Program-made: the position numbers and the translations under genes
Shown here: piece by piece, positions 53,461-64,000 of the stretch
Layout of the letters: every line of letters begins with the position of its first letter
Position numbering within the stretch: position 1 is the first letter of the stretch
Notes under the pieces: model-generated
What the model was told of the DNA's origin: nothing
Databases searched by the model: none
Seen by the model: the letters and a program-made list of their open reading frames with translations, nothing else
DNA from: Camelus dromedarius
Taxonomy: Eukaryota
Assembly (NCBI RefSeq): GCF_036321535.1
Contig: NC_087437.1
Coordinates: forward strand, 19,780,001 to 19,844,000
DNA length: 64,000 bases
Reading direction: 5' to 3'

Positions 53461-54149
53461 TGGATGCCTTGGGAGCCTGGGCTCTTATCCCTGGGAGGCT
53501 GGCAGCTCATGTGGGCAGGGCTTCAGTACTGGTGCATTGCCGTCTCCCCAGGGCCTGGAGCCATGCTCAGGACACAATAGGGGCTCCCAAAATATGTGTT
53601 CAGTGCTGAATGGATGGCTCAAGGTCATGTGCCAGGAACTAGGACACAGGCACACTCTTGCTAGAGATAGGTATGATCATGAGCAGGGAGACTAGTGAGG
53701 GTGACACGAGGGCCCCAGGGGACCACAAGACCCCACCCTGGCCTCCTCAGGCCCATGTGTCCAGCCCTTGCACACTCACCATCATGTTGTGTCCAGTCCT
53801 GCCAGTGGCCTCCTCTGAGCATGGTGGGATGGATATGATTACCCTCATTTCTCAGGTGAGACTGGGGTCTGGGCAGTGAAGAAACTGGCCCTTTTAAGAT
53901 ACTCACTTGGAGGCAGCTGAGTGGGCCTGTTCCTTGGTCCCGTGTCTTCCCACCCCGCGCTGCTTCCATGAATGCTCAAATCTCTGATTTCCCAAACTGC
54001 AACAGAAGCATTTGGTTTACTAAGAAAACAAAATGTCCAAAGAGAGTACCCATTTTAAACAACAAAAATGAGGGGCTCTTAGTCATGTAGCAAGAGCTCA
54101 TTCAGGATCGGAGTGGTTTTACTCAGCGATGGGGTTAAGAATAACAGCG

Positions 54150-54375
54150 CCACGGGCAGATTTCGGGAGGAACAGGCATCGTGCCTGAGCCCTGCCACTG
54201 ACCAGCTCTGCGGCTTTTGACAAACTGCTTCATCTTGCTAAGCCTCGGTTTCCTCATCCGTAAAATGACCATAATGAGACTCCTTTCACAACTGTTAGGA
54301 GAACTAAATAACATATTTATAAGTAACTCAGCCATGTTCTTGACATACAGGAGGAGTTCAATAAAGGGTGGTTAT
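54150..54375 (+). mobile_element. MIR SINE
   Basis: agcctcggtttcctcatccgtaaaatg...gttcaataaagggtggtta. Confidence 0.7.
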
Positions 54376-54857
54376 CCTTCTTTCTTCTATGATTATTCCT
54401 TATTTCTGTAGATAGCTCGGCTTCAAGGGAGTAATATATGTACTGTTGTGAAAGCGGAAAGGCTAGTCCTCTAGATAAGAAGAATAAAGTTGGCAGTGAG
54501 GGTCAGGTGTGATATTACTGGGAAGGGAGGGGGTCAGGGGAGGAATGCTTTTTACATCTATAACCAAGGCTGCCCCACTGCCAACTTGACAAATTGACAA
54601 GAAACAGCCTTGACACCATCCTCAAAGTCCTCTTAGACGTGATCTCAGCCAGGGCAGGGGCAGCCTCGGCTTTCCCAGATGCGCAGAAGCCCCGGATCCC
54701 AGGGATCCCAGCTCTGCCACCTGCTGGCTGTCTGAGTGACCTGAGCCTTGCAATGGGAGGGCCAGATGGGATGACTGATGTGATAGTAGCCCATGGACTC
54801 CAGGCCAGAGGAAGGGCTCCACATCTGGCTGTTAGAGCAACCTCTTAGAGTCTGGGC

Positions 54858-54876
54858 CCATCAGCAGGGGGCGTCC
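54858..54876 (+). promoter_or_regulatory. candidate CTCF motif
   Basis: TCAGCAGGGGGCGTC closely fits the CTCF core CCASYAGRKGGCRS; sequence match only. Confidence 0.35.
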
Positions 54877-56134
54877 TAACGTGGGACTGGGGGTTACTAG
54901 GCTTGTGGTCAATGCGGTAACTGGTTAACCGTAGTGGTAGACAATGCAGGGAAACATCTGGGCTTCACAGATGGACATACTGAATTCTGGATCTGAGTTT
55001 CATGGGTGTGCTATTCCTGTCACTCATTCAGCATTTTCTGAGCATCTCTGTGCCAGGGGAACCTGGAAGGGGTGAATTTACTGCTCTCAGTGAATTTACA
55101 GAGGAGTAGACAAACCAGGACTGGACACTGGACCAGTACTCTGGCAGAGGGAAGCCCTGAGCAGAGGGGAGTAGAAGGAGACACCACTTACGCAGCCTGG
55201 GGGCCAAGAAGGAAGATTCCCCTTGGCTTTTCCCCAAGACTCCAGCCTTCTCAATTCACATGGAAATAATAATGTTAATCATTTTCTCAGAGTGAGCTTT
55301 TCTGGATCAAATTCTATTTTGTAACCAGTGCAATAGGTACACCAGAAATTGACACAACTGACTATAACTCAATTAAAAAAATATATATATATATGAGAGA
55401 AATTAAAAGGCAGGCAGATCAATGCATGTGAATGGACAGTTTCCTTTATCTGGAGTATCAGTCAGTTGCTAATGCAGGTCCACAAATCCATTCAACCTCC
55501 CATGTTCTGTAACCATGTGAGACTGAGAAGCTCACTGCAGATACTCAGTTTGCACACTCCCTTTGTGACACTCCTGACATCATAGGTAGTGGATTTCTCT
55601 AGCTTATCCTGCAGGGTTCTATGCCCGTGGACAGCACACAGGAAGCTGGCTGACACTCACCCCACCAGTCCGGCTTCTCTCTAGATCTGGGGCAGGTGTT
55701 ATCCTAGAGCTGGAGGTGGGAAGACCCCTGCACAACTCTTCCAGGCTGGAACCCTCTCCACACCTTTCCTGTCTTATCAGAACTCCTGCCAGGCTGGAAG
55801 ACTAAAGTAAAATCTGCCTTTCCAAGAAACTCCATCCAGACTGTTGCAGCCTACTGGGTTGCTTTCTACACCAGGCAGATGGAAAGTCCTGCTGAGGCCA
55901 GAATGCACCATGCTGTTTTATGCCACAGTGCCTTTGCATGTGCTGTTCTTTCTGCCTAGAACTCCTTTGGCACCTAGGTTGCTTTTTTGAGACTCAGCTA
56001 AGTGCCCAGAAGCCTGTGCTCACTGCTCCCAATGTTGATTACACAGTATTTAAAATAATTGTTTATGCAGCAGCCTCCTTTACAGACTAACAATTCCTGC
56101 CTTCTAACAGTCTCCAAGCTGTAGCAATTGCTAC

Positions 56135-56154
56135 ATAATAATAATAATAATAAC

Positions 56155-56196
<42 letters not shown>

Positions 56197-56308
56197 CCAA
56201 TATTATAATATCATCAATATTATAACATTATTATAATTATATATACTATATAATTATATGATAACATAAATTAATAAATTGATAATAATAATTATTATTA
56301 TTAATAAT
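56135..56308. repeat. (AAT)n microsatellite plus AT-rich low-complexity tract
   Basis: About 20 AAT units (one AAC interruption) at 56135-56194, followed by a near-pure AT run. Confidence 0.95.
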
Positions 56309-57085
56309 GGTAGTGATGAAATGTAGAGAAGGAATTCTAAGTGCGGGCTCAGCATGAGTGAGATGAGTCAAGTATTCAGGGAAGGCCAGGAGAACGGTGG
56401 GTGTATGCCGGGACTCCCAAGCTCAGGTCACAAAATTCTGGGTGCAGTGCCTTAGTCCTCCTCAAACATGAGAACACCCTGCATTGAGAAGCATCTTCTT
56501 TCTGACTCCAAATTACTGACCTCAGCAAATCTTTGGTAGCAGGGAAAAGGACTGTTCTCCACATGAAGGGCTTCCTGGTTTACAGACAAGCACGCCCACC
56601 CTTGTGAGATGTTATACTGAGGGATCATATTCTGTTCCTCGCTGCTTAGATACAGTTATAAAGATCACACGTACGTGATATGGGTTTTAACTGCAGAGAC
56701 AAATCAAGCCTCACCACCCTCTCATGTGGCCACTGAAGGATCATTTAATCTATCACTTGGTTCCATGTGAGCAGACTTCAGGAAAACACATAATAAATAC
56801 TTGTAATTGCTGCTTTGAGGGCCTCCTTAGCTCAGCAGGCAGGGCTGTGGACTGTGCAGGCTGGCCTTTCACTTTCCCTGGCTCTGCCTTCACTCAGCCT
56901 CACCCTCCCTCCCACAGCTGTCTCGAGTCAGCTGTGTGCTCACTACCCATGGCCCCGTGTCCCCCTTTTAGTATACTCATCCTATGCTGGTGGGGTTGGA
57001 AGATGGGATCTGGTCCCAACTCCACTGTGTGACCTTGGGTGGATCACTTCTTCTCTCTGGGTCTATGTCCTTGTCTATAACAAGG

Positions 57086-58512
57086 TTTTGTTTGTTGTTG
57101 TTGTTTTAATTTGAAGTTTAGCTGATTTACAATGTTATGTTAGTTTCAAGTATACAGCAAATTGATTCAGTTTTATATATATATATATTTATATATATAC
57201 ATACACACACATATACATACACACAATTTTTTCAGATTATTTTCCATTATAGGTTATTATAAGATATTTAATATAGTTCTTTGTGCTATATAGTAAATCT
57301 TTGATGCTTATCTGTTCTATGTATAGTAGTTTGTATCTGTTAATCCTATATCCCTAATCTGTTAATCCTTTATCTCTCTCCCCTTCTCCCTTTTCCCTTT
57401 GGCAACCCTAAGTTTGTTTTCTACATCTGTGAGTCTGTTTCTGTTTTGTATGTTGATTCATTTATATTATTTTTAGACTACATATATAAGTAATATCATA
57501 TGATATATGTCTTTCTCTGTCTGACTTACTTCAAGTATGACAATCTCTAGGTCCATTGATGTTGCTGTAAATGGCATTATTTTCTTCTTTATTATGGCTG
57601 AGTAGTATTCCATTGTATGTATGTACCACATTTTCTTAAATCAGTCATCTGTTGATGGGCACTTGGGTTGCTTCCTTGTCTTAGCTATTGTAAATAGTGC
57701 TTCTGTGAACATGTTGTTGTTGTTCAGTATTTAACTATCTTTATTTTCCAATTTAAATAGAAAACAAAGGAAGGGTAAAGGCAATGGAAGTTACACTGTG
57801 ATGATACAGAGACTTTAAATTCTAGTCAGAGTTAAGACTCATACTAATGGTCAACTGATGGTTCAAAGGAATAACTACGTGGAGTCTGGTTGAGACGTAC
57901 ATGAGTTGAGTCTCATCATTAGCCTGAATCATGTAGGAAAACAACTTTCAGCAAAATCAGAGTTCACACTTGTCAGGCATGCTCTGTCAGGCATGTGCAG
58001 GGCCAAGCCTGGAGACATGGGTTCTCTCCATGCTCCCATGACAAAGAAGGCTCCTGGTTTAATGGAAAGAGCAGCTCCAGCTCCCAGGTGGTGTCCACAG
58101 CTCACAGCTGGGTTTAGCAGTAGAATTGAGTGGAGAACTTGGGAGATATGGGAATGGTCAGTCTGGTCCCTTGACTTGACCTTCTCACCTTGGTACCTGC
58201 ATGTTGGATTTGCCTTGTGCACCAGTTCTTTCTGTAGCCTTACCTGTGTATCTTTTCCAGATACAAGCCCAGGGGTGGGACTGCTGGACTACGTGGTAGC
58301 TCTACTTTTAGTTTTCTAAGGAACCTCCATAGTGTTCTCCATAGTGTTCTCCATAGTGGCTGCACCAATTTACATTCCCACTGACAGTGCAGGAGGGTTC
58401 TCTTTTCTCCACACCCTCTCCAGCCTTTGCTATTTGTAGACTTTTTAATGACAGTCATTCTGACTGATGTGAGGTAATACCTCATTGTGGTTTTGATTTG
58501 CATTTCTCTAAT
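57086..58512 (-). mobile_element. young L1 (ORF2 C-terminus + 3'UTR) interrupted by the TPX2 retrocopy
   Basis: 57086-57711 is tail + 3'UTR. 58244-58512 encodes REMQIKTTMRYYLT...[36 protein letters not shown]. The two halves are collinear in the L1 consensus. Confidence 0.9.
57712..58243 (-). pseudogene. TPX2: 5'-truncated processed retrocopy of TPX2 (C-terminal ~43 codons + 3' UTR + polyA signal + degenerate tail)
   Basis: Minus strand reads [27 protein letters not shown], then a frameshift at ~58162, then [15 protein letters not shown](TAA 58116-58114). This matches the mammalian TPX2 C-terminus as I recall it ([43 protein letters not shown]). About 370 nt of UTR follow, then AATAAA (57745-57740) and an (AAC)n tail 15 nt later (57724-57712). 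Flanked on both sides by L1. Confidence 0.93.
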
Positions 58513-58525
58513 ACAAACAACCAAC

Positions 58526-59013
58526 CAGGATTCTTAAATGAGTTTTTGTCTTGCAGAACTCTGTAGCAGTCTGGTGAAACATTTTTTTTTTTTTTTAGAA
58601 TCTTATTTTTAATTAGTAAAATAAAATACATTGGATTATAAATAGAACTAGGTATATTGAAATAGCTATCAAAAGATTGATAAATTTTGATAGTGTTACT
58701 TAAATGCTTAGTTATTAACATTAAGTGACAAAACCTAGTTGTGAGTATAATCACTACCCTAGCTCTGAGGTAGTGATGGATGTAGATGATGTAGTTGATA
58801 TTCTGAGACATCTGTGATAACTGTGATGTGTCATGAAAGCACCTGTGATTTCTACTGGTCCACAGCCAGGACTGCTGTGTCTGCTGCCTACATGCATAAT
58901 GAAGGAAATCCTGAATTACTGTAAGATTTGTGAAGATAAAGGTGTAAGTGTTTCCTATCCAAATTTTATGTACCTCTGATATTGTACCCATGACCTCTAG
59001 GAGTGAACCCCTG
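58526..59013. mobile_element. hAT-Charlie element (MER119-like)
   Basis: caggattcttaa...gcagtctggtgaa...aaaataaaatacattggatta...tatattgaaata...gaacccctg; CAGG...CCTG termini. Confidence 0.65.
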
Positions 59014-60084
59014 AACTTCATGGGCTCTCTGGGCTCTCTGGGCTCTTTCTGTCCTAGGGCTTTACTGGTGTCAGACTCTGCAAAAGATAGCCCAAGCCCC
59101 AAGCTAGAGGGAGAAAGGGGTAAAGGAGCCTCCCCAACACCATGTTAACTGAGCACCTGCCATGTGCTGGGTGCCACCCTAAACCTCTAGTCCCCAGGAC
59201 TGGGTAAAGTCCTCCCTCATCTGAGGGGAAAATGAAGTGTATAGGAAAGGAAAGTTGGGGATAAATCATTTAAAAGTCAAATATATAAACAGAGGTTCAA
59301 AACCCTTGCTGAACTCCACAGGTCCATACTTAGTCCTACCAGAAGCCTGCTCTGAAATCAGAACGTCTCAACCACCATCACCATGTTCTCCTGCAATGTC
59401 TTGTCACCCTCTGAGGAAGTGCCATTTTGCACCATCAACTCTGCCCTGGAATATGTTCCTTAATCTCTCTGAGCCTTGGTTTCTTTGTCAGTGAAGGGGG
59501 CTGAGAACTACTTAGGATTAAATAACCAGCACAAGGAGGCAGTAGTACACCCTGAGTGGCGTGGGCACTGGCCCCATTTGGACAAGGCCAGCTGGGGCCT
59601 CTGTGTGCTGTAAGCCTTGCATCTGGACTGCTTGTGTACAAAGACTCTCCAGGCCCTTTGCTCCAGCTACCCTGGACCGGGTCCGGAAGATGGAGTCCTC
59701 ACTACCCACCACCTTACACCCTGCCCAGTGATGGGGCGTGAACAAGCACAGCACCCTGGGAGGTGTCCTCTGAGCATCACTGAGGGAGGACCTCCGTGCC
59801 CTGTTAGAGGCCTTGCTCTAGCTCCTGAAAACGCTTCACGCCCCTCCCTAGCCCTAGGAAAGTCCACTGACAGTTGTGCATTCCCTGTTGCTGAATAAGG
59901 AGCTTGGAGATTACCTCTTTATGCAAAAAATTTGATTCTCATTTCTCCTTTTCTGGCTTTATTGCTTATTATCTCCAAAGCCTCAGGCTGGTTGTTTAAC
60001 CTCACCATGCTTCAGGTTCTTCTTCTTTGAAAAGTGGAATAAGAATGTCTTCCCTGCCCGTGGAGAATCATGCTATAGTACTTA

Positions 60085-60700
60085 ACAGGGAAAATCAAAG
60101 CAAAATAAAACCTAATCATATGAAAGGAAAAAATGGAACTTTCTTAAATGACTTTTGGGTACAAATGAAAATCAAAACCACAATTACAAGCTATTAATAG
60201 AGAAACACTATATACTATAAAATTTATGGCATGTGACCAAAGCTGTACTTAGAAGCAAATCCATAGCCTTAAATTGCTTAATAATCAATGACGAAGAATG
60301 AAAATAAATAGAGCAGTCAACATAAGAAGTTAAAAAAGGAGAAATCTGAGGAAATTAGGAAGCAATATACCACAAATATGATAGAAATTAATGTATTAGA
60401 AAATAGAAAAACATTAGAATTTATAAGTGAGTCTAAAAGCTGATTCTTTGAAGAAACCAATAAAATAGACATGCACATCTTAGACATAATCAAGAAAATG
60501 AAAGAGAAAGTACAAATATCCAAGATTAAAGATAAGAAAGGGACTATAACCATGAATATGGAAGAGATTAAATCAAATTACAAGAGCATAATATGTACAG
60601 CTCTAAGCTAAGATATTGAGAAGCTTCTAAAATGTACAGCATTTGGAGAAAAGGTGTATTATCAGATTTGACTCAAAAAGGTTAACTTGTTAATAGCCAT
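60085..60700 (+). mobile_element. old L1 ORF2 fragment (post-endonuclease linker)
   Basis: Degenerate codons for NLW..KAVLR.K.IAL and KS(W)FFE..NKID; many stops. Confidence 0.8.
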
Positions 60701-62275
60701 GGGAGCAACTTAAAATGTTTAATGAAGTTTCAAGAGAAAAATAGAAATGAATTTCAGAGAAGGGTCAAGACAGGCTGAGTTGGGGTTTTACTGGAGCAGG
60801 TGAATGGATGAGCAGGACATGGTCAAAGGCACAGGGAGATCAGAATGAAGTCAGGTGGTCAAGGCCAAGGGCAGGTGTGTGGGAGTGAGGACAGGTGAGC
60901 CTGCCTAGGGCCCGAGACAGATTGGACCTGGAGACCAATCCACAGTGTCTGTCTTTGAGGCTCAGATCTGGCCATCTGGGCCCTGCCTTTCTTTATCTTG
61001 ATTGTAATCCTGGGAGATAGCCCCTCACTACCTACTCATCCCTGAGTTCTGTGACTGTCAATGGGAAAGGGTTTTGAAAAGTTTGAGCACTTGTACTGTT
61101 GCAATGTTAACAGTAACTTGGGGCAAAGAGCTACCCTCATCATGGTCAAGAAGTTGATTCCTACAAGCCTCTGTTTTGATAACTTCAAGACTTCAGATGC
61201 TTCCCATGGGCTTGAATGTGTGATCCTGAGAGAGGTTGCCAAGAGGGCTGGGGGTAAGAAGGAGATACCCTGGGAAGCAAGTTCGTCTTTCTCTCTGGGT
61301 CACCATCTAGCCTTAACTGGCCTTCCAGACTCTCCATAGAGTCTCTCTAAAACCAGAAGGTCAGAAGATGTTGGGATTTTTAAAGACTCAATTCCCAGGA
61401 ACCATTGAATGCATCATGCTTTGCTTCATTCATTTAAAGTACGATGTTGAATGTTGGCAAATACAGCCCTGGGAGTGGGAGTACCAGACCCATGAGTGAT
61501 AAAATGCTGCATGGGTATATTAGTTTTTCATTAACTAGTTTTATTATCCCACAGAAGAATTCATCTTACATGATCTGCTCAACCATTGTAGAGAGAGAAG
61601 GGAACTAATGGTTGTCAAGTTCCTATGATTTCCCCCCATTTTACATTCACTATTCCACACAACGCTAACCGTCACCAACTGACATGGAAATATTTTGATC
61701 CACATTCAACAGAATGGGTAAATGAAGAAATTAAATAACTGACCAATGGTCTTTCAGCTTGAAAGTGGCAGAGAGGAGATTTACAGCTTGATTCTAAGGT
61801 CCGTGAGTTTTCTACTCCATCATTCTGCAATTTTCCAGGTATGTGCAAGCCCAGAATGAATATTTTCTGGAATGTTCTATCTTATTCTCAATGGTGCCTG
61901 TTGGGTCCATATAGCAGCCTGTTTGTCTGCAAGAACAGATGGAAGGTAGAGAAGCAGTCTTTCACTTTCTACTTCTACAAGGAGGCTTCACAGCCTCTGT
62001 CCTGGTATTTTTCCAAGACTCTCTCTCTAGTCTTTCTCTGATGCCTGAAATATTGTTTGAGGGCAGCAAACTTTTGTTCTATAATGAGAAAAAAGGCCAA
62101 AGGAGAAAATGATCCTTTGAAAGAAGACAAGTGGATATATATGAACTTAAAAGTGTGACTGATTTCTAGGAGATGCTTTCCTGGAAGAAGGGCTAGACAG
62201 GAAAGTGATCAGGGCTGAAGGTACCAAAACTTTTATGCAGGGATGTTCTATGAGAAAGGAATGGGCGTGGGAGTC

Positions 62276-62391
62276 GGGGGAGGATACAGCCCAGTGGTAG
62301 GGCGCGTGCTTAGGTCCTGGATTCAATCTTCCATCCCTCCAAAAATAAAATAAAATAAAATAAATTCTGAATTACCCCCCCCCCAAAAAAA
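62276..62391 (+). mobile_element. tRNA-Ala-derived SINE (vic-1-like), internally deleted
   Basis: gggggaggatacagcccagtggtagggcgcgtgcttaggtcctggattcaatc...(aaaat)n...attacccccccccaaaaaaa. Confidence 0.8.
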
Positions 62392-63269
62392 GGAATAGGA
62401 ACAAACAGGAGAGGCTGATGATTGCCAAGACAGACTCCATTTTATAGCCTTGCTACCACCTTGGGAGAAATAACCCTCTACTTAGGTTCCTGTTACGTTA
62501 AACCAAAGCAGTAGGTTGTTGATTTACATTCATCTATGACCACTATGTTCTCATGTATCACCTTCACTGCCCTTCACCCACAGACACTCACAGATGCTTA
62601 GGAGCCAGAAAAGGATGGCAAGGAGGTAAGCTGTGCATGGCTATTCTTTCCCCTCTGTAACGATCACCCTGGACCAGTTGTCAGCAGCACTCCAATCACT
62701 CACATTTCTGTGTCAAGAAGTTTGGTAATTTATCATCTGTATATTTTAATCAGAGCAAGAGATGCCCGGAGTGAATTTCATCAATCTTGAGGGAGGAGAG
62801 GTTTGACCCCTGGCCCTCCCTGCACCCCCAGCCTGTGTGATTCCATGATGGATGATACAAAGTTATGTAGGGTAACGGGAAGGTGTCTTACTAGCTCAGA
62901 GAGGGATGCGATGATGTTACAGAAGCTCACTGGGCTTCAGCCTCCTCCTCTCTAAACTGGGGACACTGTGGCCTACTTGCAGGGTGGTTCTGAAGATCCT
63001 TGAGTAAAGCTTCTAGCACAGGGCCAGCACATGGTTGGGGCTGCACAGCCTTAGTTTTCTTACCTCTCTCAATTCTTGTTTTTAGAAGTTATTGCTGTCA
63101 TTCTGTGTGACTATCAAATTCTTGTTCAGCTGTGCAGCTCTGTTGACAGGGTAATGCACAGATTTCATCTGCTTCCCATAGTTTCAGACAGATTCACGTC
63201 CCTGGGTCTCTGCAGTCTTGTGTTGTTGATGCTTCAGTCCTGAGGCAAAAACCACCACATCGAGACCCT

Positions 63270-63420
63270 CTTTGTGCCAAGCATGTTACATAAACGATCT
63301 CAGTTGAACCTCCAGAAAGTCCAGAAAGGTAGGCATTATGTCCATTTTAGAGAGGAAAAGATGGAGTCTCAGGAAGGTGAAATGATTTCCCAGTGATCAC
63401 ACGTAGTCAAGAGGGATGTT
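63270..63420 (-). mobile_element. MIR SINE
   Basis: tgtgccaagcatgttaca...aggtaggcattatgtccattttagagaggaaaagatggagtctcagg. Confidence 0.7.
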
Positions 63421-64000
63421 ATTTAGAGTGTGCCTGACGAGTGCAGACACTGTCATCCCCCCGATCACAAGGACTCCCCTGTGGGTGGCCACGTGAAGAA
63501 GGGCACTTTCCTGGGAGAAATGGGGCTGCTTCCACTGTTTTGATGTTGGTATATTTGCCTCGCTGACTTCCGGAAATGGAGTTCTTAAAATAACCAGTCT
63601 CCTCATTTCATCATCCTGCCACCTGCCTAAAAAGGATAAAAATTAGTGATGCACGTTTGATTTCCTTCTCTCTGATTGACATGGAGATTCTACGCTCTTG
63701 GCAGAGGTTGTGTCTGTATGGTCTGGGCACCATATGTGCGAGACTTGTTAGGTTCTATTCCAGGCTCTGTGCCAGGCACTCTGGACATAGCTCTCTCTCT
63801 CTAGGGCTCCCAAGCCACAGCAGACGCTTACAACCAGATACTCCTCAAGCGATGATTTGAAGTGAGGGAGAGTCTAGTCCAGTGCAGGGCCAGCCTCAGT
63901 TTCGTTATGCAAGAGGCAGTGTTTGTCCTGGGCAGACACCACTCTTTCTGTAGGGACCCATTACAGTCAGGTGGAGGGTGGCCCTGAAGTTTGCAGGAGA

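Noticed and set aside
57929..58222. 97-aa ORF as a functional TPX2-derived peptide
   Set aside because: Starts at an internal GTG, shares only ~20 residues with TPX2, then frameshifts into out-of-frame and UTR sequence; no promoter is evident.
58236..58262. Splice-like signals at the TPX2/L1 junction (minus-strand CAG/GTAAGG; plus-strand tcttttccag)
   Set aside because: No partner sites or host transcript identifiable; plausibly coincidental.
58482..59102. 206-aa ORF
   Set aside because: Runs through a non-coding hAT MITE and into L1; no transposase motifs.

Overview
Eutherian, repeat-rich non-coding DNA. The species is very probably a camelid, judged from repeated tRNA-Ala-derived vic-1-type SINEs and an artiodactyl-type L1 3' end family. 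No intact host protein-coding exon, rRNA, true tRNA or CRISPR array is supported. Almost all predicted ORFs are chance frames in GC-rich DNA, microsatellite artefacts or L1 ORF2 relics. The window holds many L1 3' fragments (two 5'-inverted, twin-primed), L2/MIR relics, MLT1/MLT2/LTR16/LTR33/MER74-like LTRs, Tigger1 and hAT fossils, microsatellites and a few unique AT-rich islands that look like enhancers. The main find is a 5'-truncated, frameshifted processed retrocopy of TPX2 (last ~43 codons, 3' UTR, AATAAA, tail; 57712-58243, minus strand). It is embedded co-directionally in a young L1 3' end with no clear target-site duplication. I found no evidence for a new multi-gene biological system. 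Repeat family names come from recalled consensus features and most repeat boundaries are approximate.
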